Assembly: GCA_039545335.1 (NCBI GenBank)
Contig: BCIN01000001.1
Span: 1,919,129 to 1,983,128, forward strand
Source of the DNA: Kondoa subrosea
Taxonomy: Eukaryota
DNA: 64,000 bases
Reading direction: 5' to 3'
Both the position numbers and the translations under genes were made by a program. Positions 37,784 to 50,980 of this stretch are shown here, in pieces; the stretch's first letter is position 1; each line of letters starts with the position of its first letter. Under the pieces are notes generated by a model. That model worked only from the letters and a program-made list of their open reading frames with translations. It searched no databases and was not told where the DNA came from.

Positions 37784-39336
37784 TTACAACTTCGCTTCCT
37801 TCTCAGCTTTCGCCTTTTGTGCCTTTTCGCCATGACCCTCTTGACCCTAAACACGCAATGAGGGGAGCACCGATATAAAGATCCCTGATACGCACAAAGA
37901 CGGCATAATCAGTGTAACCATCAGTTGAACCGACTTTGTAGAAAGTATCTCGGTCGTACTTCGTCCATTCTTGACCGTTTTTGATTCTTGAAGGTAAATC
38001 GGGGCTATCCCAGCTTATGAACCCTATGTCTTTCCTCGGATCAAATGGCAGAACTTACTTTGAAATAAAATATCGACCAATAGCTATCAATTCGCTTCCT
38101 TTAGCATCAGCGACTTTCACAGCTGTTTCTGCATTGTAACCACCGCAGCTGATGAATAGTGTGGGGCACTCTTCAGTAGGTTCAGGGAAACTTTCATCCG
38201 TCGGTTTGTCAGCATCTATCTTTTCTGCTGTATGATTTGAAGTGTTGGAAGTGTGTCTGAAAATCGCTCTGAATGGATCATTGCTGCGAGGTTTGGTCTT
38301 CGTATTGTGTCCGCGCCTGGAAAGGGAAGATAAATCAGCTAGTCCTACAGCCGTGGGTTTCGTGTCACTCACCAGACGTCATTATCTTCAGTGATATGTA
38401 CAGCCGCAAATTTTGGGAAGTTAGAACGGATGTATGCGCAAAGGTATGTGTAAGTCTGCAATCTGCGTTAATAAGGTAATGTGGAGATGAGGGAAACAAC
38501 GTACTTCTATCAAGCCATTCACATCGGTGCTCTGCATTCCCTGGAAAGTAGTCCAAGGCGAAAATCTGATGCTTGTACGCTTTTCCCCGATCGCTGAACA
38601 GATTTCAGCGATAACTTCTCTCGTAAACCTTGTACGGTTTTCTACACTTCCTCCATACTTATCAGTGCGTTTGTTACATGCTGGCTCGAGGAACTGTTGC
38701 AGAAGATAACCATTGGCAGAGTCTGCCAGCGGAATTAGTGACGCATTTATGAAATGCCACAGCCAACTTACGGATCTCGACACCGTCAAACCCAGCTTCG
38801 ACCGCATTCTTTGCTGCTTGTCCGTAGGCCTTGATATAGCGTTGAATATCTTCGAGCGAAAGTGGTTCTGGCTTTACTCCACCTTCAAAAGCCAAATCAG
38901 ACGAAGAGACGACTTTCTTCAGATCTTGATTCCCCGGATTAGCTCGGCCAAGAGCTGTGAGAAATCAAGAAGCACAGACATGAGCGAATGAAAGCGCTAG
39001 TGAAGAGGATCTTGACATACCCCATAACTGCATGAAGATTATGCCCTTCTTGGCATGAACAGCTTTAGTAACTCGTTTCCAAGCTTCAATTTGTTCCCTT
39101 GAGAATATTCCAGGAGCAGCCGCAAGCCCACCCGCTTCCTCTGAAATGAAAGTTGCTTCAGTAATCAAGAGACCTCCTTCTGAAGCTCTTTGTCGATAGT
39201 ATTCTGCTGCAGCATCGATTGGCACATGGTTTGGAGATCTGAATCTGGTCAGTGGAGCCATCGCTACTCTGTGCAGGAGCTGCTTGTCGCCCAAGCGAAC
39301 AGGTTTGAAGAGCAAAGAAGAGGAAGGTGAGGACAT
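37784..39336 (-). CDS. Old yellow enzyme (NADH:flavin oxidoreductase)
   Basis: [39 protein letters not shown] across an intron, [33 protein letters not shown]. Confidence 0.95.
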
Positions 39337-39686
39337 CTTTGACTGGATACTTTATGGGAGGAGCAAGAGATAGATAGAGAATAGTAGAGGAACAAGGGGC
39401 AAACAAAGTAGGCAGAACCCAGCAAGAAAAAAATGCAATTGATGACACATATCCGCTTGCACTTTAGCCGAGAACAACAATGTCGCAATGTAACCGCAAG
39501 AGAAAAGTTGCATACACAAAAGGGAATCGTAGAGAGAGAGCAAGAGTGCTGCAAACGAACAGAAAATTGACAGGACAACGCGAGTCTTCTGGTCTTTCAT
39601 TCGTTTCATTCGCATGCAAATGGAGGCGTTAAGAGAATAAGCAGGTTCAAGCATGATGCTCGTTATCTCCTTGCAAACCATCACCG

Positions 39687-42600
39687 ATGTCGAGATATCC
39701 CGAAGACGAGGGTTTTGGCGACGCAAGATATGGCAATAACAATGACTTTAGTCGGAATTCAGCTTATCTTGATGAAGAGGGCAGCCTAGGTAGCTTGGAT
39801 GGTCATTTAGGCCGTGATTACGATGAAAGACTGCGAGATCACTATGGGAGCTCAGCGGAAATGGGTGTGTAATGGTTTGAGGGTGTTTGCGTATAACGCT
39901 GACTAAAGCTCTTAGGCCCGCAGTCTTATCATGGTAGCGGTGGCGTGGACGAATCCAACTCGTATCGCAATAGTGGGTCCTAGTCAAGCACCGCTAATCA
40001 AATCTCATGCGTGGAGCAGATGATCGTATCGATGATGTACGACGCGACTATGATGAGAGAAATAGTTATAATGGCCCAGGAGAATCAATCATGCAAGATT
40101 TTGGCTCACATCGAGACCAGTTTGAAGATTTGGATCATGCAGGAGGATTAGGCCAATACGAAGACTTGGCGAACCGCTTTGACAACTTCTCGGAAGGTCG
40201 CACAGATGGTTTGCATCTTGATTCAGGAGGCATGGACGGTCATCCGCACGATATGATGAATCATCGATCTCAAGGCTTGCCTGGCAGCTTTCATGATTTA
40301 CAAGACGAGGACTTCTCAGGCTCGGGACGGCGACATCCTTTCGAGAAGAATACTTTGGGTCTAGGAAGCTCATATCCGGATGTTGGGGTACATGCAAGCG
40401 ATTTGCAGGAGGAACATCTAGATCATGTTGAGCCTCACCGGTCGTCGTCCGTTTCCGGACCTGCGTTGGACGATCATGGCTTCAACGATGGATACGGAGA
40501 CAAGAATGACAGATTGTCATTAATTGGCGGACTAGGCGATGCAAACGATTATGGATTGCGAGATCACGATTTTACTTCTTCGATATCTTCTTTGCATCCA
40601 GAAGATCTGCACGACACTGGTTCTCTTTCATCTATGGGAGCCCAAGGCGATGACTTGCCTACCTCCATGCACGACTTGGACCATATAGCTTCTTCCCTTG
40701 GTCGAGAATCAGGCTTCCGCGAAGACATGCATACGTCTTACAATGCTGTCCACCCTGAATTGAGCAATATGTCTTCTTCTCTTCGTTCCGATTCTGGCTT
40801 CCCTGACGAAAGAAGATCTTTCAATGAAGCGATGAACTCTTCTTCTTTCGACAATCTTCTGTCTGGACAAAATAATGCCGATCCTTTGGCTCAGACCTAT
40901 GGCACGAATGACTTTCGAGATCCCCATCAGAACTTGTCTTCTTCCTTGGGTCGTCAACGCAGCTTCTCCGACTCAAGACAAGCTGATCTTCCAGGCGCTT
41001 TCGGTCGAACCTCAGGATCGGACGGGCCTTCTGCAAGCTACGGAACAATCGATGATAGCTTCCATGATCCACATCGCGATCTGTCGTCTTCTTTGGGCCG
41101 TCAGTCCGGAGACCCTTTTGAAAGCCAACATGGCCCAACGAGACGCGCTCTCGATCAGGAGTCCAGTTTTGACTCATCTCAGAGGATTCAAGATGATTAT
41201 GGAGCGTCCTTGGGTCTAGGCAACTCTGCTGGACGGGAAGATGGGCGAATGAGCAGATCTCTCGAGCAACGTCCTCTTTCCAATATGGCTCTCCCAGAAT
41301 CTGGATTGACTACCGGCATGCATAATACACCAACTATGGATTTTGTCAACTCCGCGCGTGATCTTCATTCTTCTTTGGGTCAACAGCCTCGCTCGAGAAG
41401 CGGAAGCCTAAGCTCCAACTCTGGACTGGACAATATGCCTGGCTCTTTCTCCCAGATGAATACTCAAGGCAGACAATCTAGCTTAGGCGGAAAGGATGGT
41501 GTGGATTTTATGGGCGGTATTGATCCATCTTTCCTTGGTAAGTTTGAGCTTTCGATGTAAACTGACGAAAGCTAATAGGTACATGGCAGATGCGTTCGCT
41601 AAAGAACAAATGCATCAGTCATCAGAAGGCTATGGACCAGACATGGGCACCAGCAGGAATGATTTGTCAAATGCCGAAAATCTCAATCGAGGCATTCCTA
41701 TTCCCGGTTCTGCTCCTTACCGCAGTTCAAATAAGATGCCGTTGAGATCGGACTATCGCGATCGAGACATTGACGATCTGAAATTTGACGGCATGAATTT
41801 GGGAAGCAATTATGAAGGACCTGGAACTGGTCAGCTTGATGATTATATGGCTCGGCAGCATTATCAACCTTCTTCTTATGGCTCAAACAATGGATTTAAA
41901 GATCGTAATGCCTATTCTTTGGCCAATGATTTGCTCGATTCTGGTCCATCTTACCGTGATCCGAATGCAACGGCCAACTACGGCTCGATGCCAAATATGA
42001 CTAGTCAAAGACGTATGTCTGGCTCGGATTTAGGCTTCGATGCAAATCGCCTAGCTGGAGATCTGCTCGACACCCAATATGCTTCACCTCGCTTGGACAG
42101 GCAAACCTCGAATGAATTTGGGCTCGGTGATAGACACGGATCTCCTCATCTCGACAGACGGAATTCGCTCGATAATTCAAATCCTTATAGTCCGGCTATG
42201 TCCAGTTATTCGGCTCTCGCCGAGGGCAATTATGGTCTTGAGAAAGAGAATTATGGCTCTCCCGATATTGATCGTATGGCTAAGCAATCCTTTCAGCAGG
42301 ATATGGGTTAGTGTATCTATATTAACACCTAATCAAAAGCTGAAGTGTTTATGTATGACTTCGACAGAGGCCGACACATATCGCGATCTTTTGTACTACC
42401 AGAACAGTCTCGATGCAAATGCTGCACTAAACGAGCAGGATAAGGAACGCAGATGGGCCGAAAGACTTCGATGGGAGCAAATGGACGATGCAACTCGTCG
42501 CGCTCAATGGTCAACCAGTATGTACCCACTGGCTTGTCTTGACATTGATCCTGATCCGTCTGTATTTGTAGTGCCTGAAACGCAGAGGATGTCTATGGGT

Positions 42601-43985
42601 CTCGAAAACAGTCACTATTCTCGCCTATACGAAAGTCCAGATTACTTCGAAAGAAGACTGAATGCCGATTATAATAGGGGCTACTTACAATCAGGTTCGT
42701 CAGTACCACGTCAGCTCTTCCACGCTGATTGACTTTTTGCCTCAGCTCTTCCTTTGAGCAGCGAAATCAGGTCGAGGTACCAAACTTACTTCCAACCAGA
42801 CTACATGTCGCGAGGGCATGAGTACCTGGATAACAACTACATGGCTGCAGCAGATCTTACTGCATACTCTCAAGCTTTGCAATATGATCAATCGTTGCAG
42901 GACACAGAGAGAAGAAGGCGGTGGAGCGAAAGATTGGCTTGGGAAGCAATGAACCGCCAGCAGTACGTTCCGTCTGTAGTTCATTTATCGTTTACTCAAT
43001 AACTGAAATCCTATAGGCAACATCAACAATACGAGCTGATGCAGGAAGATGCTCGCCTGCGATTGGGTCTTGGGTCAGTTTCAGCTGGATCGGACTTGGA
43101 GGTCGCTAACTGTCAAACAGACCACATGGATATCACGCTCAGCAATATAATTTCGCGCAAAATTATCAGCAGTACTTCAATCCCGAGCGGCTACAGCGTA
43201 TGTATATGCCTTTGCCTCAAAGCTTATCAGCAATGTACCAGCCATGTGAGCTCATAACGCATTGTGAAAGACTTAACCCATCGCTCAAGCTTGGTCTAAT
43301 AGATATGCAACAAGCCTTTCATCCGCAACAATTTAGGCAAAATGATGCATTCAATGCTGCAGCCTACTATGACCTACTTCGCTACGAGAATGAACTTCGT
43401 CGAGCTCGGAACCTGAATGAAGCTCAGCGATTAAAACTCTGGCAACAACGTTTGCAATTCCAAGAATTAGACGAAGCTCGTCGAAGAGCTAGATATTGGC
43501 AATTGACCGCTCAACAACGTCAATTACTCGGTCTTGGGTGAGCATTGTCAATCCCTTCGACTTGATCATATCTGATTCAAAAAATTGACAGACCAAATCG
43601 ATTCCTGGGAGCAAGATATGGTAACATTGGAAGAGGCTACGCTAATCCTCAATTAGCGAGAAGAACGGATTTGCGTTATCAACTACCTGTTGCAATGGCG
43701 AGAAGATTCAAGCCCTACATGGGAAAAACTTTCCCTATCAATGGTCCTGCTATTGGTGCTGGTTATTACGGACCTGAAGTGTATGCCCAAAGGTTACGAA
43801 GACAAATGGCAGAACGACAAGCGCGCTTAATCCAGCTTAATGCCAGACAAGCTTCTCTGAAAAATCAGAACTTGGCTGTTTTGAGACAGAAGGAGAACGA
43901 GAGTAGGAGATTGTTGGATCAGCTTGATCGTCAGAAAGCTTTAGCGAATGGTCATGTTGTTTCTGCAAAGACATGGCGTGCTTGA
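39687..43985 (+). CDS. Large hypothetical protein: D/G/S/H-rich low-complexity N-terminal half plus three Trp-anchored helical repeats
   Basis: Chain of + strand ORFs joined by short introns; repeats of the form YxDLLxY...RRWxERLxWE. Confidence 0.7.
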
Positions 43986-44071
43986 AACATGACTCACGGA
44001 AAGGCTGTATACAGAAGAGGTTGATATGCATTTAATTCAACTCGAATATATATAGCAGAAGCATATGATGA

Positions 44072-44854
44072 TTAAAATTCAAAGCTCTTGTTCATATCTT
44101 CCCTCAATAATTCTCGCATGCCCTTTGGCATAATTGGTTCTCCCTTCTCATCCGTCATATATCTGAAAGGCATTTCAACGCTTTCAGTCTTATCGAAATG
44201 AATTGTAGGGTGTTTGATAAATGGAATATCATCCAATTCCACTATTCAATCTTTGGTTGAGCTCTTGTAGTATGAGATAATTGGATGACTCACCCTGTGT
44301 TGTGATTACTCGATGTGTTACTCCTACTGCTGTATCGGTAGTCATTTGAACAGGACCAAGATGCCGCGAAGGATAACCAAGTTGTCTGAGTTCCGCTGTT
44401 CTGTCTCTAGGTGGATCATCTCCCAAAATTCCTCCGAACAAACTTAAAGATATATCTGTATTCAGCAATGTCAAAGCAAAAGCAAGCGCAAGACATACAA
44501 GGCATCAAAGAGTTGTGCATCAGAAGGTGAAAGTACTTGAGTAGCTTTCGGATCCAGTAGACATATTCTATCAGCTTTCCATTTACCCTGTTTGACTAAT
44601 TCCTCTATCCCTTGAGTTGAACATTTGGATTTCAAGTTTGAGGATAGAGTCGCTTGAATTTCAGGTGCGAGATGAGAAAAAAGAGCTCTATTCTCTGCGC
44701 TGCTTCAGCTTCTGTAACCCTTGAATTACGCTGAAGCGTACGATGAGGAAGTCAATTCGAGGATATGAGAGTATTCTAAGGTAACCCATGGCGGTAAAGC
44801 AGCAGAAGTGGACTCTATAGGTTCCATATGCTCAATGATATAAGTTGCAGGCAT
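44072..44854 (-). CDS. SFM1: SPOUT-family SAM-dependent methyltransferase Sfm1 (DUF431)
   Basis: YIIEHME..WVTLEY, ICLLDP, FGGILGDDPPRDRTAELR, RHLGPVQMTTDTAV, ESVEMPFRY, PIMPKGM. Confidence 0.92.
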
Positions 44855-44969
44855 CGTCAGCAATTAGTATCGCTCTTGCAGGTCGACAGCGAAAAAAAGA
44901 AAGATCATGCAAAGACGAATGCAATTATAGTACATTGTATTACAGCTCAATGAGCACACAGCCTTATCA

Positions 44970-45568
44970 TCATGTGAGATTCTTCGCTTGCTCTGTCTTT
45001 TGGGCTTCCGAGGTTTCCTTAGGGTTGACTTCCTGACCAGCTCCACCTCTGCGACTCTTTGATCAGTATCAATCCAAACAGATAATAAGAGTATCAACGC
45101 GGATGCTTCCATTCCAGCTCCACCTAGCATAATGAACACGGATCAATATCGAAATCCAAAGACATGCAACGCAGGATTGAGCCTGTAGCTCACCTCCAAG
45201 CATAATCTTCTGCCCTTTATCTTCAATAACCAATCTCGGCGCTTCATACATTTTATTCATAATCGCACATCTCTTCAATTGTTCAATGTCACTTTCTGCA
45301 GTCTTGAGCCAAGATTGATAACTCTCGCTTCCTTCTGCAGGTGCTTGACTGAATCGAATACTCGCTTGTCGTACACTGATTCGTGCACACGTTAATAGCG
45401 TCTACAGATGGAGATATGAAGCTCACAAGTATTCTCTGAAATTATAAGATGCGAAAGTGTTTGCCGCCTGTTCCAAGACAATCAGCGGGTTGTCATAAGG
45501 CCAATGTAGCCAAATTGTACCTGTGTATAGGCCTTTTGTAATGATGCCACTGATCTCGCTGCTGACAT
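44970..45568 (-). CDS. ISD11: LYR-family Fe-S cluster factor Isd11 (LYRM4)
   Basis: AANTFASYNFREYF...F...LKRCAIMNKMYEAPRLVIE, followed by a GGAGMEASAGG tail. Confidence 0.8.
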
Positions 45569-45647
45569 GATTGGTGGCTATAGGTCGAAAGTAACAGCGA
45601 AGAAATATTCTTGGACCTGGACGATGTCGGCCTCTTCTCGACTACCA

Positions 45648-46222
45648 GAGTAGACGAGCAGCTTTTGGACATGCAGCTTCAAGTTTTACAGAACTCTTGA
45701 GCTGAATACTGGTCTCGCGAGAAGCTGTGCAAATCAGCAAATGTCATCTCGGTCAAGTCTCGCTGGATTTTACGCAGTACTGCTATATGGTTGTCCTTGC
45801 CCCAACTCTGTTATGGTTCTGCCTTTACTGTGACTTTATCATACATATTTCGCGTATTCCGCAATCGGTCATGAGCTTTCGTCCGAGCACAGCGATTGTC
45901 CAAACATCCATTATCACCCGTCCCGTCATCTGCGATTGACACTGCTGTACCGCACAGTCTCTTGTGATCCGTTCGTGACATCGCCATTTCATGTTCGAGC
46001 GGTGAAGTTTCGACAGTGTGATCTGTGAAGCTTGTCTTCTTTTTTATCCTCGCTTTGAACGTTTCTATTACACACTGCATATCTACTCGCTGCTTGAAAA
46101 TTGTGTTTGCTTCCTTTTTTATGAGAGCATCGAAGTATTTTGCAAACAAAATCTTCGAAACAGGCTAGAAACAATAAGTTCAAGGTCAGTTCTGCTTCTC
46201 GAAATCGTTTTAAAGAGGTCAT
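45648..46222 (-). CDS. Possible small hypothetical protein
   Basis: 112-aa ORF (FAKYFDALIKKEANTIFKQRVDMQ...) with nearby splice-like signals. Ends not resolved. Confidence 0.35.
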
Positions 46223-46246
46223 AGCCTTACTGCATTAATACTTCAG

Positions 46247-48785
46247 ATGACCGACTATGTGGAGTACACCGATGAGTTCACTTACGGCTCAAATACTGCT
46301 CAACCTATTACAATCAGTCACGAGTACACTACATCAAATGACTATGGCTCTTATCAACCTTCTTCAGATTACAGCGATAGTTCGGTTTCTTCTTCTTACC
46401 AATCCACCAATTTCGATCTAGAGAAACCTGATTACCCTCAAACTTACGCTGGAGTTGGTTGGTCCAACCTAAATGACCCTTCGGACGGTTCTGCTTTTTT
46501 TGATCTGAAACAAGACAAGTACGATACTGCATACGATACTTCTTTCGATCAACTCAGTATGAGTTTACCTGTCCCTTTGCAAGATACTACTAATGGCGAA
46601 CACAAAGTCGATTGGCATACTTATACTTCTTTCGATGATCTCCACAGTAAAGCAGAAGAGACTACACGGAGTGCTACTAATTGGAACTCGTACTTTGATT
46701 TGGGTGGAAATGGAAAAGAAGTAAATGATCCATACCAGACCATCTATCATCAATCCCCTCTTATGGTCTACTCTTCTGTACCAGCTGAAGAACCAGGACC
46801 AGTATCTCTGGATCAATTGACTGATCAATTCGGTCAAGCAAGAATGGACGATTTCGATAGGCAAGATGAAGAAGGTCAACAAACTCAAGGCATCAACACT
46901 CCTTTGGCTTCATATGGGAGTTTACCTCCTCTACGCGGAGATTACGGCCTTTCGGACAATCAGCAAGCTCATGAACCTCATCTGGACTTGTAAGCCATCA
47001 CTTATCAGGCGAAAAATCGTTACTTACAGCCTGTGCAACAGACGAATTACCGATAATGGTTATCTTCATCCTCATGTTCAAAGTCCTGAAGATCAACAAT
47101 TGGCCCTTGTACCATTTCAATCGCAAGAACAGCTCGAAGATGACTACCGTTCCGCTACACCTCGCAACATATCTCCTCTGTTCTCGCCGCATCAAGATAT
47201 CTTTCAAGATGATAAGTTAGCGGAAGATCATACTAATGCCTTCTCTCCTCGAGGCCCAGTTCCTCTCAAACGGAACGACTCTTCCGGTTCCATTGAAGAA
47301 GCTTTCAATAACCCGATCTTCATGTCTCTTCCTCCATCGTACAATGATTCGCAGCCTTCTTCTTCTCTCGTTTCTTCAGCTCCTCAAAGTTCTTGGGGTC
47401 AAAATTCCGATTTCGAGCATCAACCTCGCTCTTTCGCTGAATTGCTGAAAGGTCAAGAAGATTCACCTCACTCTTCGAACAGCTCTCATCTCAGAGAAGA
47501 AGAGGATCCATACTTGGACCGGCGTCGTCAGTCCGAAGTGGATGGTGGCTATTTCAACAATGATCCTACAGACTTGTATAACGGTCAAGACGATGTACCT
47601 TGGATCTATGAAGAGCCTCCACCTAGAAGAAGAGGCAGTGGTCAAAGTTCGGTTCGTTTCGAAGACGAAGCAGACCGTAGAGAACCGCCTCCTCCTCCTC
47701 GACCTCGCAGTGCCCAATTTCAGCATATCAGAAATTTACCTTCTACACCTTCTTTCTACGAGATGCACCCTCAACCTATTTTTCCAATGTCTTATCCGCC
47801 TCAACAAGTTTATGCTGCTATGATGCCTCAATTCATGCCTCAGAACATCAACACTGCGTTGCCTTCACAAGATCAAGCAGCTCAGAATGACTTTGCCAAC
47901 TACTCTAGACAATTGCAACAAGAATCAGAGCGTCAGCGAGTGTATCAAGAGAGGCAGAACGCTCAAGACTATCAGCAGCAAGTACGCATGCAGCAACATT
48001 ATGCTGCGGAATTCCAGAGACAGCATCAGATGGAGACTGCTCAAGCTCATCGTGATCATATGTATGCGAATCAGATGCAGCAGCAGCAAAATCAGCAAGC
48101 GAGCGAAAGAGCTCGGCACCAACTTCAAGCTGATCAAGTGTTTCATGACCAACAGCAAAGAGTGGCAAAGCAGATTCTGGATCAGTAAGTCAGCTCCATC
48201 GTGCCATACTTGTCTGCTCATCCATGGTCCAGAGCAAATGCTATATCTCAACGAGCTATGAGCATGCCTGTGCACACAGCAGCTTTCAGACCTGGTATGG
48301 GAGTCTTTGGACAGGGATTGCCAGGGTTAGGAATGCCTGCGTGAATGTTTCTTCTCTGATTAGACTTGCACCTTATACCAATCGTTCTAGTATTCCGGGA
48401 ATGCCAATCGGTACTGGAGTTCAACCGATTATGCCAGGCGTTGGCTACGATCCACTTCAGCATGGTATCTCACTATTGTCCGGAACTCTCGATAATGTCA
48501 ACAACACGTTCCGAGGCTATCAATCCGACAAGATCAAAGTGAGTTGCTGTCTTTCCGCTCTCGATAAAGCTAAATAAATTCCAGGGTGAAGCTGTTGCAA
48601 ATATTGAAAGTCATCGCGGCAATGCCGCAAAGAAGATTGAAGCGCTTGCCAACCTCAATTCTGCTTTCAAGGTGAACTCATCAATCAACAACCCTGGCTT
48701 GGAAGAAGTAGCTCGTCGAGAAGGAATGAACGCGGCTGACCGGCGTCGGCTCCTCACAACAGCTCACAACAGGCGAACGACCTAA
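46247..48785 (+). CDS. Hypothetical low-complexity protein (D/S/Y-rich N-terminus, Gln-rich middle)
   Basis: 248-aa and 440-aa ORFs linked by an intron, further short exons, stop at 48783-48785. Confidence 0.7.
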
Positions 48786-48966
48786 TCTCTTCTCGCAGCT
48801 CGACTTTTGGCATGTCGTTCCATGTCTATGTAGTGTGTTTTCGGGTTGAATTGTACAAGTATGCTCGGTTTGCAGCTTTTGTGGAATACGCTTAACAAAT
48901 GTACAAAATTCCTATGCAAATGCAATTGATCTAAAGGTGTAAAAAGAGCATGAAGGGTCCTGTTTT

Positions 48967-50771
48967 CTACGCCTCTATTCGTGCGATCCGCAACGACTTC
49001 ATTCGTTCCCTTGCTACGTAACCATGATCGTTGAGCCCTGGTCACGGTTTTCAGCAAAGTACAATACTCAATAGAAAGACAAAGTACTGACCACCATTGA
49101 AAGCTTTCGAACAATCCTTCAACGCTTTATAACTCGCTTCCTCGTCTACTGCAAAAGCTCTAAAGACTGCCACACCACCAGGATGTGTAGCAGCGTAACC
49201 TCCAGCATCAACCGCATAAGAATCGATCAATAACACTAAAGGTCTTTTCAACGATCCAGCAGCCATGGCTCTTGTTGTCAATTCTTTGACATGTTTCGGT
49301 ACGTCTGCTTTGTGCCATATCGGTAGTTCTTCATCTTTTGGTACAGTCAAATGATGCGAATCGAGTTTTTGAACATTTGCTTGAGCTGCTAAGATATCTT
49401 CTGTTGATGTAGTGTGTAGGAGAGTTACAAAAGGACTGAGATGATGTAAGAGAAAGAGAAGCCATTTGGTTGGATCCCAATCAAGGAGAGAAACGCCATT
49501 TCGGTAATCTTTTGGAAAAGCGTGATGATAGTTCTGACCTCTCATCAGCGCATTTCAAATCTCGCAAATGAAACACCTTACATGATTTCCTTCACCGCCT
49601 GTTAACATCGCTAACAGCTGAGGTGTCAGATCATGATGAGCTCGACAATGAGCTCAATCAGCGCAAATGCTCACAAAGTTGCCCCTCGCTGTCAATTCTG
49701 TTGTATACTCCTGTTCACCTACCCAATGCGCCAAGGAATTGATCATGAACGTCACATGCCAGATAGCTAATCTCGCAATCACTCCTGCCCAAATATAAGC
49801 ACCTGTTGCATCGCCGTACAAGTAACCAAGGAAAGTGGGTAGGATGAAGCCCAGAACGAGTGTAAGAGGTAGATAGTACTTGTGTTGGAACCGTACTACA
49901 GGGTCATCGTTCAGATCTTTCTGGCTGATCACTGCAGCAAGATGAGTTTATAATGCCATTGAGTGAAAGGTAAACTAACAATGCATCTTTGCGTATTTCG
50001 GTTTGCGAAAGATCCAGCCGCAGTGAGTGTACCAAAGACCTTTGGAAGCGTCGTATCTGGATGGTAGAGAGACCGGTCAGTTTACTTCAATTCCAAACAA
50101 TGGCCTATTGCACATACGGATCATCTTCTGAGTCTGTCCATCGGTGATGTAGACGATGCCTGAGTACCCACCACTTGATTGATCCTTGGAAACCCAAACA
50201 ACCCATTCCTGTGCGACACGAACGAAACTCAATTTGACGATAAATATTGTTTTGCATGCCCGCGCACCTGCAAGGAGTATCCGCAGTGGCAGCCGTGCCT
50301 CATACGCTGCATAACACACGTCAACCTAGTCAACTTGGCAGTGCTCTGTCGACGAACCTCCATGACTCCACAATCTATCGCACACACAGTCAGCTAAGAT
50401 GCGCTGCTTAGTTGCTTCAGTACAGAGACACACCTATGATAACCCGCTGTTATCCCATAGATTGCCAATTGCCAGCTGATGAAAGCCATCCATTTAGTCC
50501 TGCTATCCAGTGTACTCCAAGGTGAAATGTAGATTGCTCCATACAAGCCCAATACATGCATGGACCAAAAGAAGATCATGTTAGACCACCAAATAGGTGC
50601 TTCCTCCTTCTTCCTTGCGATTGGGGTGGGTACGATCTGTGAAGCCAATTCATCTGATTCTTGATCTGAACCAGATGGACTTGAGGTCGGCGAGTGAGAG
50701 GTGTCTATAGGTATAGTACTGCGGTGCAATAGCTGACTCCCGCTACCTGCAGAAGTGGTATTCATGCGCAT
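48967..50771 (-). CDS. OLE1: Delta-9 fatty acid desaturase with C-terminal cytochrome b5 domain
   Basis: [41 protein letters not shown], cytochrome b5 heme motif HPGG. Confidence 0.93.
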
Positions 50772-50980
50772 GACAAATTGGGTTGGCCGAGCAAGTGAGA
50801 AAGCCGAGATTTTAAATCAATGACCAAGGCCGCGGATTGCGGATAACGAGGATTCCACGGATTACAAACAGGAGATAAGAATCATGTACACCGCGGTCCA
50901 GCACTTGTCTATCTTTTGTTCGATCCGAAAACACGTCCAACAAGAATAGACATCCCATTGAAAACACTCGATCTGACCCT

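Noticed and set aside
46222..46247. Head-to-head ATGs only ~24 bp apart
   Set aside because: The minus-strand gene model is too uncertain to claim a bidirectional overlap.
37784..50771. Possible metabolic cluster (OYE, methyltransferase, desaturase)
   Set aside because: No backbone synthase; the genes are housekeeping types interspersed with unrelated genes.
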